Of a stretch of DNA of 64,000 nt, positions 1-12,324 are shown one piece after another. The translations under genes were made by a program, and so were the position numbers. The notes beneath the pieces were generated by a model. It saw nothing but the letters and a program-made list of their open reading frames with translations. It was not told the DNA's origin and made no database searches. Within the stretch, counting starts at the first letter, position 1. Each line of letters starts with the position of its first letter. Location of the stretch: NCBI RefSeq assembly GCF_036321535.1, contig NC_087459.1, positions 5,890,001 through 5,954,000 on the forward strand, in the 5' to 3' direction. The stretch is from Camelus dromedarius (Eukaryota).

Positions 1-412
1 ACCTTAGGCTAACACACTCAAGTGCTCTCATCCACCAAGAGCCCTCGGCGCTGACCTCCCAAATCATTTCTCGAAGGGAATGAAGTGTCAGAGCAGACTT
101 CCCACGCTGGTGTCCCTGTGGTGGACACCCTAAGTTTTGATTCTGAACACATGACACACTTTGTTTTCTGATAGGGTAAACCAGTGGGGACCATGAGGTG
201 TGACCTCTCATCCCCTCCACCTCTCAGTCTAAAACAACACATTAGCAAGTCCAAGGAATCAAGGGAAAGCGCCAAGAAGGTGGGGCCAACTCATGGATGT
301 TCAATCCAAGCCAAGAATATCCCAGGTTGTTCCCCAACTTGATGGACTAGTGAATAAGAAAAAAAATCACAGGGTCTTGAGAGCTCACTGCTGCCGAGTT
401 GAGAATTTGCAT

Positions 413-846
413 ATTTTATTTTATTTTTTATTTTATTGAAGTATAGTTAACTTACAATGTGGTGTTAGTTTCTGCTGTACAGCAAACTATATATATGTAT
501 ATATGTGTGTGTGTATATATATACACACACACTCTTTTTCATAGTCTTTTTAATTATAGATTATTACAAGATATTGAATATGGTTCCCTGTGCTATGCAG
601 TAGAACCTTGTTGTCTACCTATTTTGTATATAGTAGTTTGTATCTGCTAATCCCAAACTCCCAATTTATCCCTCCCCTCTTTCCCCTTTGGTGACCATAA
701 ATTTGTTTTTTGTCTATGAGTCTGTTTCTGTTTTCTAAATAAGTTCACTTGTGTCCTATTTTCAGATCCCACATATAAGTGATATCATATGGTGTTTGTC
801 TTTCTCTACTTGGCAGGTCCATCCACGTTGCTGCAAACGGCATTAA
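413..846 (-). mobile_element. 5'-truncated L1 3' end (cetartiodactyl L1_Art-like)
   Basis: T-rich tail then tgaagtatagttaacttacaatgtggtgttagtttctg...catccacgttgctgcaaacggcatt; TSD-like aatttgcat at 404-412 and 847-855; internal (TA)/(TG)/(CA) microsatellite ~488-530. Confidence 0.9.
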
Positions 847-1348
847 AATTTGCATTATTTTTAAAGCTCCCCTAGGTTTGGGGCTCACTGTGAATCACTC
901 ACAGTGGAAGGTTAATGACTCAAAAAGGGGCAGAGCTTTCCTCAGGCATATAATTAGTCAAAAGCAGACTCTGATGTGAAGGCTAGAGAGGGTCTGCGCT
1001 ACACAACTGAAACAGCTCTGCCCCTTTCTTTCACAGCAGGAGCGCTAGATCTGGGTAACCAAGAAGTAAACATCCGGAAAGAACACCCACTGGTGAGCCG
1101 GGAAAGAGAGCTATTGGGTTTTTTGTTGCTGTTGTTTGTGGTACTGTTTTTGTTGTTGTTTTAATTTTCCCTTGAGTGTTGGGAGTGTGCCTTTAAAAAA
1201 TGCACAGCATAAACCAAGGTCTCATCCATGTGCTGGGTATCCTGCTATGCACTTTAAAGACATTTGGTCTTTAAATGCTCACAATTCATTCCTTTGACAA
1301 ATATTATGAGTTTACTTTGTTTCAGGCACTATTTTGGGTGCTGGTAGT

Positions 1349-1851
1349 CATGGCAGGCAGAATAAATGAGCCCCTCCCCAACACCCACGTGCTAATCCCT
1401 GGAATCAGTGAGCACATTATGTTACATATTCAAAAGCGACTCTGCAGCCGTGGTTACGTTAAGGACCTTGAGATAGGATGCTTATCCTGGATGGTCCAGG
1501 TAGACGCAGTGTTATCACATGGGGAGTGGAGAACCTTTCCCGGCTGGGGTCACGGGGAGCCGAGACTAGTGAGGGGAGGCACCGGAAGTGCTATGCCCTC
1601 GGCTTTGAAGATGGAGGAAGCGGTCACGGGCCAAGGAAGATGGGTGGTGTCTCCAGGAGTCGGAACAGGCAAGAAAGGCTTCTCCCCTAGAGCCTGCAGG
1701 GCAGAAGCCAGCCCTGTGGACCCCCTGGTGTTGGCTCCATGAGACCCACATTGGACTTCTGATCTACAGAACTGGGGGAGAACGAATGTATGTTGTTTGA
1801 GTCACCCAGTCTGCAGCCATTTGTTCCAGCAGCGATGAAAGACAAATACAA
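1349..1851 (+). mobile_element. MLT1D-like MaLR solo LTR
   Basis: ggcaggcagaataaatgagcccc...gaccttgagatagg...ctttgaagatggaggaag...tctcccctagagcctgcag...acaaataca. The ORFs at 1275-1742 and 1478-1690 run through this LTR. Confidence 0.8.
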
Positions 1852-1888
1852 CACAGTTTTTTGTTTTGGCTTTTGAAAAATATTCAAG

Positions 1889-2296
1889 CTTAGTCAGTGA
1901 AGTAAGTCAGACAGAGAAAGACAAATATATGATACCACTTATATGTGGAATCTAAAAAAAATGACATAAATAAACTTATTTACAAAACAGAAACAGACTC
2001 AAAGACATAGAAAACAAACTTACGGTTACCAAAGGGGGAAGTGGCAGTGGGAGGGATAAATTAGTTTAGGATTAGCAGATACAAACTACCATATACAGAA
2101 TAGACAAACAACAAGGGTGTGCTGTATAGTACAGGGGACATATTCAATACCTTGTAATAAACCACAATGGAAAAGAATATGAAAAAGAATATATATGAAT
2201 AACTGAATCACTATGCTGTACACCACAAACTAACACAGCACTGTAAGTCAACTATACTTCAATTAAAATTCTTGTAATTTAAAAAATAAAAAAAAA
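1889..2296 (+). mobile_element. 5'-truncated L1 3' end (L1_Art-like)
   Basis: gtgaagtaagtcagacagagaaagacaaat...caactatacttcaattaaaa plus A-tail; short TSD attcaag at 1882-1888 and 2297-2303. Confidence 0.9.
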
Positions 2297-2411
2297 ATTC
2301 AAGTTAAATAATTTATGCTTTACCATTAAGTCATACAACTCTCCTTTTCTTTAAAAGGTGTTCATCGAACAGCCCTGAGTATGCTAGTCCGGAGCTGACC
2401 CCGCGCTCAGG

Positions 2412-2645
2412 GACCTCGAGATGGTTATACTAAGTGAAGTAAGTCAGACAGAGAAAGACAAATATCATGTGATATCACTTACATGTGGAATCTAAAATAT
2501 GATGTAAATGATACAAATGAACGTATTTACAAAACAGAACAGACCCACAGGCATAGAAAACAAATTTATGGTTGCCAAAGGGGAAGTGGGGGAGGGATAA
2601 ATTAGGAGTTTAGGGTTAGCAGATAAAAAACAAACAAACAAGGAC
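2412..2645 (+). mobile_element. L1 3' UTR fragment (L1_Art-like)
   Basis: acctcgagatggttatactaagtgaagtaagtcagacagagaaag...gggagggataaattaggagttt; same family as the copy ~120 bp upstream. Confidence 0.85.
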
Positions 2646-2689
2646 AACATCAGAAAAACCCTGCTCTCCTGCAGCTAACGTTCCAGTGA

Positions 2690-2830
2690 AGCACCCTACA
2701 GATATTATCATTCTGAGTTTAAAGAGCAGCAAACGGTCAGGAGAGCGAAACAACTTGGCTAGATTCATATAGTTAATACCCTAAAGAGACTTGAACTCAG
2801 AAGTCCAATCCTAAAGGCTGCACTGAGGCT
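2690..2830 (-). mobile_element. MIR
   Basis: Degenerate MIR core: attatcattctgagttt...aacaacttggctagattcatatagttaata...gacttgaactcag. Confidence 0.55.
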
Positions 2831-3669
2831 GTTATTCCAAGTTGCGTATCACACGTGGCGTACAGGGGCCTCCCGAATCAAGTAAATGAAGCTGGGTGCT
2901 GTCCCCAGAACCTGTTGGTGTTCTGGTGGTCAGGGAAGATGGGAAATTGCGGTCTGCGCTTCCGACACGAGAATTTGTGCTCACGTGCATGGAACGGCCG
3001 GCAGGTGGTGGGAGGTGGAGCAGAGGCTGGACCTCAGAACTCACCTTCCTCTTTGTTTCCTTCACTCATTCCTGCTTCTCCTTCATTTCTACTGAAGCAG
3101 ATGGGAGGAGGTGAGGACACTACATCTCTCTCTTATCCCAGGGTCACTCTCCCTGCACTTGGCAACAAGGGTCCTCATAGCTCGCAGACTCCAAAGCATC
3201 AGCTGCCGGGTTTTGTTTTCACATTTCTTTATCCACATCACAGTGGGACACTCTTTCCCAATAGTAAAGATGCCGAATTACCTACTCCCTCTGGTTCTCA
3301 GATGTTTTTACCTTTCATCCTCAGATGCAGGCCACTTCTCTACTCTTCCCAAAGTTGGATCTCTTTTCCAGAATTTCTGCAAACCACTGAATCTCTAGAC
3401 CAGGCTGAGATCTAAAATCCAGGCAACCTTTCACCCTTGCTCCTGAGCTGCAAGCATTGTGCTGTACGTTTTATGGCAAGACATCTCTCAAAGCACCTCA
3501 AGTTTATCTGCGGGTCAAACAAGTCAGTTAACAAGAGAGCCCATCAAAAACTGGCATTGTTTTTGTTTGTTTGTTTTTCCCCCTCAAAGTTTCACCTACT
3601 GTTGCAGAACCACACATCTAGATTTGGCCCAAGGTCATAATGGAGGCAGGGCTCTAAATCAGAGCTTGG

Positions 3670-3840
3670 ACCACAAATGGGAGCAAAGAATTGGAAGCAA
3701 CCTAAGTGCCCAGCAATAGGGGATGCTTTCAATATACGGTGGTGCAGCTGGACTATGGACACTTAAAGTAAATGTTACAGATTCATAAGTTGACATGGAA
3801 ATTGTCCACAATATGTGTACAATGATGGTACAGAGGAATA
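3670..3840 (+). mobile_element. Old L1M 3' fragment
   Basis: aagaattggaagcaacctaagtgcccagcaataggggatg...ttgacatggaaattgtccacaatat. Confidence 0.5.
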
Positions 3841-4104
3841 TACAGAATAATATCCCCTACTTTTTTGCCTATTGAGAGAGAGGGCGAGAGAGAGAACGGG
3901 AGAAGGAGCCTAACAGCTCTACAGCATAGTTACCACGGCACCATAAGTGCTAGCGCCATGGTATTTATTTTAATTTTCTAAGTTTTTGCTCTGACATACA
4001 CAATGCAATCAACAAATGTTCATTTCATGTCTATGATGCAGAGAAATGCATGCAAGGGGCTCAGACGAGAAGAAAAGCCCGTAATTCCTGGGCGACCTTA
4101 TTAA

Positions 4105-4240
4105 CCCTCATCAAGCAGCTATTTATCACAGATTCATCGCATGCTGAGCCCTGGTAGAGGTGCTGGAGAAGCAGCAAGGAGCAAGGCAGACATGCCTTGG
4201 CTCTCCTGGGGCTTCTCCTACAATGGAATTGAGGGAAAGA
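4105..4240 (-). mobile_element. L2 3' fragment
   Basis: tcatcaagcagctatttatcacag...aaggcagacatgccttggctctcctggggcttc. Confidence 0.5.
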
Positions 4241-5184
4241 CAACAAATAAGCAAATGGCAAACACAGGAATTTAGCACTGGGCTCAAAGTCTCTCTCATC
4301 ACCTCATGGGCTTCATCCCCATGATGGCATCCTTCCTGATGCCCTGGCCTCACACGTCGGTTTTAGCAGCCTTGCACTGTGTCTCAGCCACCCCCTGATG
4401 CAGCCCCTCTTAAACTCTCATGTGTAAGACTTCCAATGTCTCTCTCCGCACATTCTCATCTTTCCCCACAACAATACTAAAGCATCTTAGTGGTCTATTC
4501 AGACAGGTTAGTCTTCTACATTTGTCAAGTTCGACTCTTGCATTCAAATGCCATCTATCACCCTAACTGTCCTACAGCTAAGGATCAGCCCCAATGATCC
4601 TGGGACCATGGGCCCAGAATCGATGGTCTCCTCGGGATTGCTAACCTGCCTTGAGTCATCCCCGACATCCATTTTCCTCCTAATAAGAATGGAGCAAAAT
4701 TAAATGACAAACATAATTTCTGTGAGGTCCATGATGACATCAGCAGGCCTTGCCTGCTGTTCAGGCACTCTCCCCAGCTCTAAGTCCACGCTGCAGCATG
4801 CCACAGCAGTTCCCAGACCCTCATCCGACTCCTGACACCCAGTGTCATCAGATGCCCCAGGCAGCTTTCCTTTACTAAAAGCACCAAGGTCATATGACCC
4901 CACAGGGAATCTGCTGAGTTTTAAAAGGTAGAAAGTGAAAAGGGCCGGTGAAAACACAGAACACTGAGCAACACAAGACAGGATGCGCCCAGTTAAACAT
5001 TCCCCAACCAATACTTCATAAACTCTGCACAGGAAGGACTCTGTCTTCCGCCAGGACTGACAGAGTGAGAGAGACACCGGAGCTGCAGGTATCAGAAAGA
5101 CATAAAGACCTTAGCAGACCTCATAGTCCCAGAAGGATAAAATTACTGATTATTATCTATTCTCTGACAGGTCCGCTGATGGGC

Positions 5185-5345
5185 AATGTTTACCCATATT
5201 CTGTAATGATCAAAACCCATTTTCAAGGTTGTATTGCTATACACTTGTTACAGGTACTGAAACTGGGCTCAATTTAAGTAATTTGCACGTAAGCAGTGTG
5301 TACGGGAGCTGGACATTTGAACTCAAGCCTGTCGGAGCCTAAGTA
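5185..5345 (-). mobile_element. MIR
   Basis: tattgctatacacttgttacaggtactgaaactgggctcaatttaagtaatttgcac...gacatttgaactcaagcctgtc. Confidence 0.55.
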
Positions 5346-7880
5346 ACAGACACTACCTCTTCCCTCAGCTGTTAACACTTTAGTTAGAAGGAGAAAAATA
5401 AGCAGAAGTTGAAGGGAATTGTTATGGGAAATTCTCAAAAAACAAAACAAAACAAAAAAAAACCCACATGCGTCCTGAAACCTTCTGCATCATGCAATGA
5501 TTTTTTTTTCCCTTCCCGTGTGAACAGATTAAACTAATAGATTATGAGCATTATTCTTAAGCAACTTATATCAGGGTTGATGGGAGCCTGTTCTTGAAAG
5601 ATAAGCTGCATATCAGCACTGAGGGAAAATGAATTAAAATGCAAATCTGAGTGTGCCCCCATTGTTAGACTATCTTTAATAGATATGTCTTCCTGAATAC
5701 ATCACAGGCAGAACTGTCAGTTTGCATCCCAAATAAAGCGAAACCAACCTCTAATGGCATTTCACTAAGGGTAGAATTTATAATTGGATTTTGCCATGGG
5801 TGGAGTTTGAGGTTGACCTTCACCTGGACCCCATAATCTTAGCCTCATAGAGGAAGAAAGAAAAAGGACAATGATTTCACAGTTTCCCCTCCCTGACCCA
5901 TTTGAGAAGCAGTGGTTTGATGGAGCACATAAAGCCTCAGGTGCAAGGCTGCAAGGTATGGAGGAACCCCCATATCTTCTGCTCCCCAGTCCCAAAGCGG
6001 GCACTGCCCGCCCTGAGGCTCCAGGTTGAACCCATGACTGACAAAACCCCACCTTCAGGCAGATGCTGACAGCAGCTCCATCAAGAGCTACAGGCTACTC
6101 TACTTGGGCACTGCACTTAAAAGTGACTGAAACGGCAGGTGAAAAATCTTTGAACGGGCTCTGTCTGAGGGTATCCCCAAGTCCCCATCTCATCAGGATC
6201 AAGAGTCAGTGCTGTTGTGCTAGAGAAGATGGGCATCCAAAAGTCTGTCAGATTCCCCCACTAAAAAAGGAGCAATGTGATGTTTAAACACTAAACAAAC
6301 AAAAGGAACATCCAAAGACACGTCAGAAGGCTGCAAAAATCCTGGAAATCACAATAACGGCAACAATAGCGAACATTCGCAGTTTTAAAAAGCCAGAGGA
6401 GAAGTACAGGTAAGAGCTATAGACTTAAAATGCGAAAGAAGGAGGAATCAGGCTGGTAGAAAAGGTCTGCAGAAGAAGTAGAATTTAAGCTGCACCTTGA
6501 AGGGTGCGAGGTCATGGAAGAAAGCGCCCAGCAAACCCGCAGAGACAGGCGTAGGTACCGGGAACACAGAATGCCGTTCACATGGGTTTTGCCTTTTCCT
6601 GTCCAATGTCCCTCCTGTCCTTTGAGTAACAGAACCCACTAGTCTTTCGCAAACAGCCTCCCTCCCCGTCATACGACCCTACCTCCCAAGACACAGGGTT
6701 GGGTATGTGACTGTTGAGAGTAGCCAGGCTCCGCCCAGAGCGGGAACTGATCTAAGATCAGGCAGAGAGACAGGTAGAAAGAGGCCTCCCTTATTCAGAC
6801 ACTGATAGGGTATCTGGAGTGAGTCTCTTCTTTTCCTGAAAACAAAGAGACAGATGAAGTTGGAAGTCTGGTGTCCTGATCACCACACGAAGACAGCCTG
6901 TCTGAGAATGAGACCAGAATAGAAAAAGAAATCACAGATGAGTGATGGAAAGAAGGAAAGACTGAGGCGGGGGGCCCTGATGACATCATCTGAGGGACTG
7001 AATCTGGCTGGCCACTTAAAGGCGGCGAACCAACGGAACTTCCAAGCAGGTGGGCCAGCTTATATTCCCTATCTCACTTGTTTGAGTTGGGTCCCTGTCA
7101 TGAGGACCCTGAAGAGCCCGGAAGGACACGAAGTCCAGGTCAGTGGGAGGGGAAAGACCATGAGGTGGGGGAGGCTTGAGCAGCAGGTGGGTGGCATATT
7201 TCCAGGTCAGTTACCACCCTGAATTGACAACTAAGAGAGAGGCTTTCTACTTTGAGAACCAGAAGCCACTGGAAGACAAGAGTCTCAATGATCTACTTTA
7301 AAAAAAAAAAAAAAAAACTAATGTGAATAGGAAAATAAAAGACTATACTTTGCCTAAGAACCGAAGCCTTTTGTAGGAATAATTTCTACTCTACCATGTA
7401 TGTAGGGGGCGGGTTTGGGAGAGTGGGGTGCAGCACACACCTCAGAGAAGAAACATTTAATCCCATCAAATCGAATGGCCGATGGCAGCATCCCAGCAGT
7501 TCTAGGAGGTGAGTTTGACGTCCGTCTCTTTTCTCAAGCACTGTCCCACGTTTCTGTTGGCCTCTCCTTTCCCCTACACCTTACAAATCTCATCTGCCTT
7601 CCACAGTTGAGTGATCAGACAGCTCAGGGTTCTTGTAAATAACCCTTAACCATCGCTGAGTCCTGACAGGGCTGAACAAAAAGAAAGAGGCCATCTCTCT
7701 GTAGCCAGAAATCATGTCATTCCCCAAGCATGCTGCCCCATTTGTATGTTCACCTGCATATTTATCAGAATTCAGAAGAAGCCAGCAGAGCTGTCGTCCC
7801 AGCCACACCACTACGACTTTTTAGGGAGACTGAAAATCTTGAGTTTGGCCGAGAAAATTCTAACTAGTTGAAATTAACAT

Positions 7881-7894
7881 CCACCAGAGGGCAG
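7881..7894 (+). promoter_or_regulatory. CTCF consensus motif
   Basis: CCACCAGAGGGCAG matches CCASYAGRKGGCRS with no mismatch. Motif only; binding not shown. Confidence 0.45.
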
Positions 7895-7946
7895 ACTTGT
7901 TATCTTTACTGGGTTTGGAAAGCTCAAATTTTAACTCCATGGGTGA

Positions 7947-8108
7947 AGACTATGAAAACGAATATATATATGTTCATGTATGACTGAAGCATTATGCTGT
8001 ACACCAGGAATTGAAACAACATTGTAAACTGACTGTACATATATATATATACATATACACACACACACAGGCACACCCCCCAAAATAACAACAACAACAA
8101 CAACAAAA
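7947..8108 (+). mobile_element. Short camelid-type L1 3' end with (CA)/(AAC) tail
   Basis: gactatgaaaacgaatatatatatgttcatgtatgactgaagcattatgctgtacaccagg; 14-bp TSD aactcc(a/t)tgggtga at 7933-7946 and 8109-8122. Confidence 0.88.
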
Positions 8109-8302
8109 AACTCCTTGGGTGAGACGTCTGCAAAGACCTGCTTCCTAAGCACTGTTGCCTTCTTTGGTTGTTACTGTTTTCACACAAAAAACTCGGTAAC
8201 TCGTGCTCCCTGGAGAAGAGGACTACATGATTGTTCCTGGTTGGTGAATGCAGTTCAGAAGACTAACATTTTCTACCAATAAATAAGTGAATATAAAACT
8301 AC

Positions 8303-8530
8303 AATAATGAGCACTCATTTACTGAGCACTTACTATATGCCAAGTCCTTCATTTAGCACTTTGCATTCATGACCTCATTTAATCTTCAGAATAACCTTAC
8401 TGGCTACGAATGTTACTGTCCTCTCCATTTAAAAACTGAAGAAACTGAGGCTCAGATTTTTCGTTGATCTGTCTAAAATCACATGGCTAATCTGTGAATG
8501 ACAATCCGTGATTGTAACCCAAATAATCGG
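8303..8530 (-). mobile_element. MIR
   Basis: tttactgagcacttactatatgccaag...acctcatttaatcttc...gaagaaactgaggctcaga. Confidence 0.75.
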
Positions 8531-11099
8531 AAGCTAAGTTCTAAATTATAGCAAAAATAATATATATATATAGTATTATCAATTAAGTCTGCATATGAAT
8601 AATAGTAATAATCCTTTGCATATTTACAATGATTTAGCTAATTATAAACTTTTCCCCCATAACTTTACTGAAGATCTTTTAATTTTAAAAATTCAGCTGG
8701 GTAGGACTCCAGGATTTTTAGATGGTGTTTAGTAAACATTTCAAACACACTGACAGTCTTCTTGTGATGAGCTCCACTGAGTGTGTGTACATACAATTAA
8801 AACACTTTAATAAGAAAAGGAATTTCAATCCAAAAAGGAACTTTCTGGAAAATGTGACTACTATCTGATGTTTAAATTTTAGAAATGTAATGTTCCCAGA
8901 ATAGAAACAGGTATGCAAAGAACAATCTCACCACCTGAAGAGATAAATTTTAGAATTCCAGTTTAATTTATAACTATTTATACTATTACCAGGCTATGCT
9001 ATGAAAGAAATCTAATAATTGGCATTAATTATCATTCAAAGGTATGTAAGTACAAGTATCTGCCTGATTTTGAGTGCACAGACATAATATCACAACAAAC
9101 AAGTCCTTCTGCAGCTGACAGTCTTAGGATGATGGCTAATATCACAGAATCTCTAGTTACAGGATTTAAGACACAATGAAGAAGGCAACATTTGACAGGC
9201 AGGAACTTCTCCCTTCCTCCCTAAATTGGCACTTCCTTTATAAACCTGTCCCCTTCCGGAAGAATCTTAGTTAAATGCATACATATTGCATTTAACTAAG
9301 GTTTTAAGTAAAAATATTCCTACAGGCACCCGTCAGATTCAGGTTAAAATGTCAGCTGGACACGGCATCATCACTACGTATCAGTGATGTTTAAAATCTA
9401 TTTTAAAACATGTTCTACAGAAATGTATGAAAAGAAGAGAAAATAACCATAAAGGCTTTCCAGTCTTGAGGCTAAGACACCAAGATGCTTCTTAAGCTTA
9501 GAGAACATCCAGTGTTTCCATGAAAACCCCACTGTCCATGGAAACATATTAACATACCAACTCGGCTAAAAAGCAACTACAAAGACTGGACAATTCATCT
9601 GATTTTTTTCAAGCTCTAGAAACCCTCAGATGCTAAGGTATTCAGTATAATTAAGGGTTGCAACAATGAATGAACTTACCCTCCCTTTATGCTCACGTGG
9701 GATTCCTTCATGCATAATGAAACGCCTAAATGAAATCTGTGCTACCAAAAGCTGTTTAGTTCAGAACATCTCTCAGAAAAATATAACTGGCTTGACAAGG
9801 ATTTCACAGGAAACGGTCTTTACCGCCCCGCCAAGCACATTTTCAGAAGACTCTTCCGGTCTTCTGGCCAAGAGAGTCCCTTGGTCTTCTCCCACCCTGT
9901 CATCACTTCCAGAAGCTCTCCTTTGAGGCAGGATGCCTCCCATTGGAGGGACCTACTTCCACAGCAACCTTTCCCGCAGTCCTGCGCCCAAAAGGTGATT
10001 CATAATTAATCTTCCCAGGGCCTTCCTCTATGTCGAGTTATTGCTTACACGCAGAAGCACATTGCACACCCGTTCTCCTCCACTTGTGGTGCAACATCCC
10101 GTGATGCACATCCCTATGAACTCATCTGGGTGCTGCATTTCTCCCTCAGGCTAGTCCTTCCTTGAAACACGAGTACCCCTGTCCTTGGGGGAAGGGAGAG
10201 GGGCCACCTCCCGGAGCTCTGGTCCCTTGTGCAGCCCGTGGCTGGGAGTGGTTCACGTTTCACTGCCCTGCACGTCTGTCCTAGTGCGGAAAGTTGCAGC
10301 ACCTTTTCAGGGCACACCTCTCACTTAAACGTCAAGCCGTGAGCACGCCCAGCACTTCCTGTCTAAAGCACAAATCCTGTTCTTTGGAAATGCGTGCTGT
10401 CAGATGCTGACACTCTGTGGGAGAGCGTTCTCTTTTGTGTAATGCGTTTGCAGCTCATGCTGGTTTAATGGCTAAGAAAAAAAGTCAGACATTCCAAGAG
10501 GAACCCAATTAGATGGCTGTGAAGAACTGACACTGCTTTGCAGCTCCCCCAGCTTCTGAAAGCATATTTGGCTAAGAAAGCATGTACTCTGACACCTAAT
10601 TTGGTTCAACCTACTCAAAGTTTGTTCCTGCTGATTGGCAGGGGGTTGGGGGCGGGTGGGTGTGGGGGGGAGCCTGTTAGATGATCCACAAAGGAAAAAT
10701 ATGTGTTGGTAATAGTAACCCAAAACAAGGCAATTTCAATCTTGGAACAATACAGAAGCTAGAGCTTGGTTTCTCCAAAGGTAAGCCAGGCACGCATAGA
10801 GGACAGTGACTTTTTCTGGGCACAGTGGAAGCACTCGGCTCCAGCTCTTTCAAAGATACTCTACTCTACTGCCCTGAATGGTGTTGGCATTTGTCATTTG
10901 AAAGTCACTGTGGAGCGAAGCAGATGACATTCAATTCCTTTCCAGACATATTTCTGATGAGCCTTTATGTTCTGACTTGGACCTTAGCTTCCATAAGCTT
11001 TTCTCTGCAGGACACGTTCCCTTCTCAACTTGCATGGGATAGATAGTCCACTCATCAACCTCCCAGGCCAACAGGGTAGAGGACTGCTTGAGAGAGAGA

Positions 11100-11945
11100 T
11101 CACTTATTCATTCCAAAAATTATTTAAGGCCTGATCAAGGGGCAAGGCTGCAGAACAGAGTTAGACAAGGCTCTGCTCTTACAGAGCTGACACTCCGGGG
11201 TCAGCGGGAAGGAGAGAGACGAAACGCAAATAATCAAGGAGTGAGTGTTCTAGTAATAACAAAACAGGATTACTGGGGAGCACGATGTGGGCACCCTCCC
11301 ACAGACTGAGTGGCTGTGGTCGGGGAAAGTCTCTCCCTGTGACACTTGAGATGGAAGTTCTCCCAGAATGACAGTGTTGATCTTAAGAAGGCATGATGCA
11401 GAGTACCTCAGGGAGGGACCTGCAAGTGCGAAGGCCCAGGACGGAGCAAGCTTGGCGTATAAAGGGCCAACCAGAGTAGTGGGAGACAAGATCCTAGAGG
11501 CACCAGGAGCCAGATTATGGAGAGCCTTGAAGATCTGGCTAAGGACTCTGGGTTTTGTTCCAGCCATGTCGTAAAGCCACCGGGGTAAGATGTGATATGA
11601 TGCATGCCCGTAGAGAGAGCATCACTCTGGCCGGATGTGGAAGAATATAGATGCAAAAGCTGGGTTATGAGGCTCTACTAGAAATCAGCCAAGGATGCTG
11701 GAGTTTGTCCTGGGATAGTGGCCCCAGACAAGCAGAGAAGGGGATGGGCCTGGGATATGATTTGGAGGAAGAACTAGGGATGAGGGACGTGTGAAGGAAA
11801 GACAAGGTGTGGTGGGTGAAGGGAAGTCTAGATTCAAGGTTGACGCTCTGATTTCTGGCACTTCTGAGGTGCGATAAGAACAATGTCAAGGTGATTCTAT
11901 GGACCTGGTTGGGGAGGGGTTTAAGCAAGTCTCAGGTTCTGTTCT
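11100..11945 (-). mobile_element. L2
   Basis: cacttattcattccaaaaattatttaagg...gacaaggctctgctcttacagagctgac...aggactctgggttttgttcc...atttggaggaagaac. Several short ORFs lie within it. Confidence 0.75.
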
Positions 11946-12324
11946 TAGGCACCCAGCCACTACTCTCTGAAGTTATTCCAGTACCTGAAGACAAACGAGA
12001 GAACAGCACAAACCTGAAGAAATATTGACTCAGTGCTTAATATTCTTTTCTTGGCACTTTGAAGGAGCAATTTTCCTTTCTATGGCCACACCAAGTCAGG
12101 CTTCTATTTGTCTTCTTTGTTGGTATGGGCAACAGGTGGAACCAAATCACATCCCTGCCAAATGTATAAGGAACTATAGGATGCAGCTTGAACAAGAGAG
12201 CTGCTGAAAATCTAGGTCAAGAGCATATTCACTTAGTTCCTGATATGAACATGACATTGCATCATCTATAGGAGAGCTGGGAAAGCCAAGGGGCAGAGGG
12301 AGGAAGCAGGAGAGGAGGCAATGC

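Noticed and set aside
1275-1742. 155-aa ORF
   Set aside because: Lies almost entirely inside an MLT1D LTR.
2855-3415. 186-aa + strand ORF
   Set aside because: GTG start, no recognisable domain, low-complexity composition; the length is plausible by chance in six frames of 64 kb.
6300-6410. Open frame ending at cag|gtaaga
   Set aside because: No credible acceptor, and it overlaps a MIR-like tail.
9680-9725. Resemblance of GIPREHKGR to the TBC-domain GIPxxxR motif
   Set aside because: Too short, not a match to any TBC protein I know, and no supporting flanking exons.
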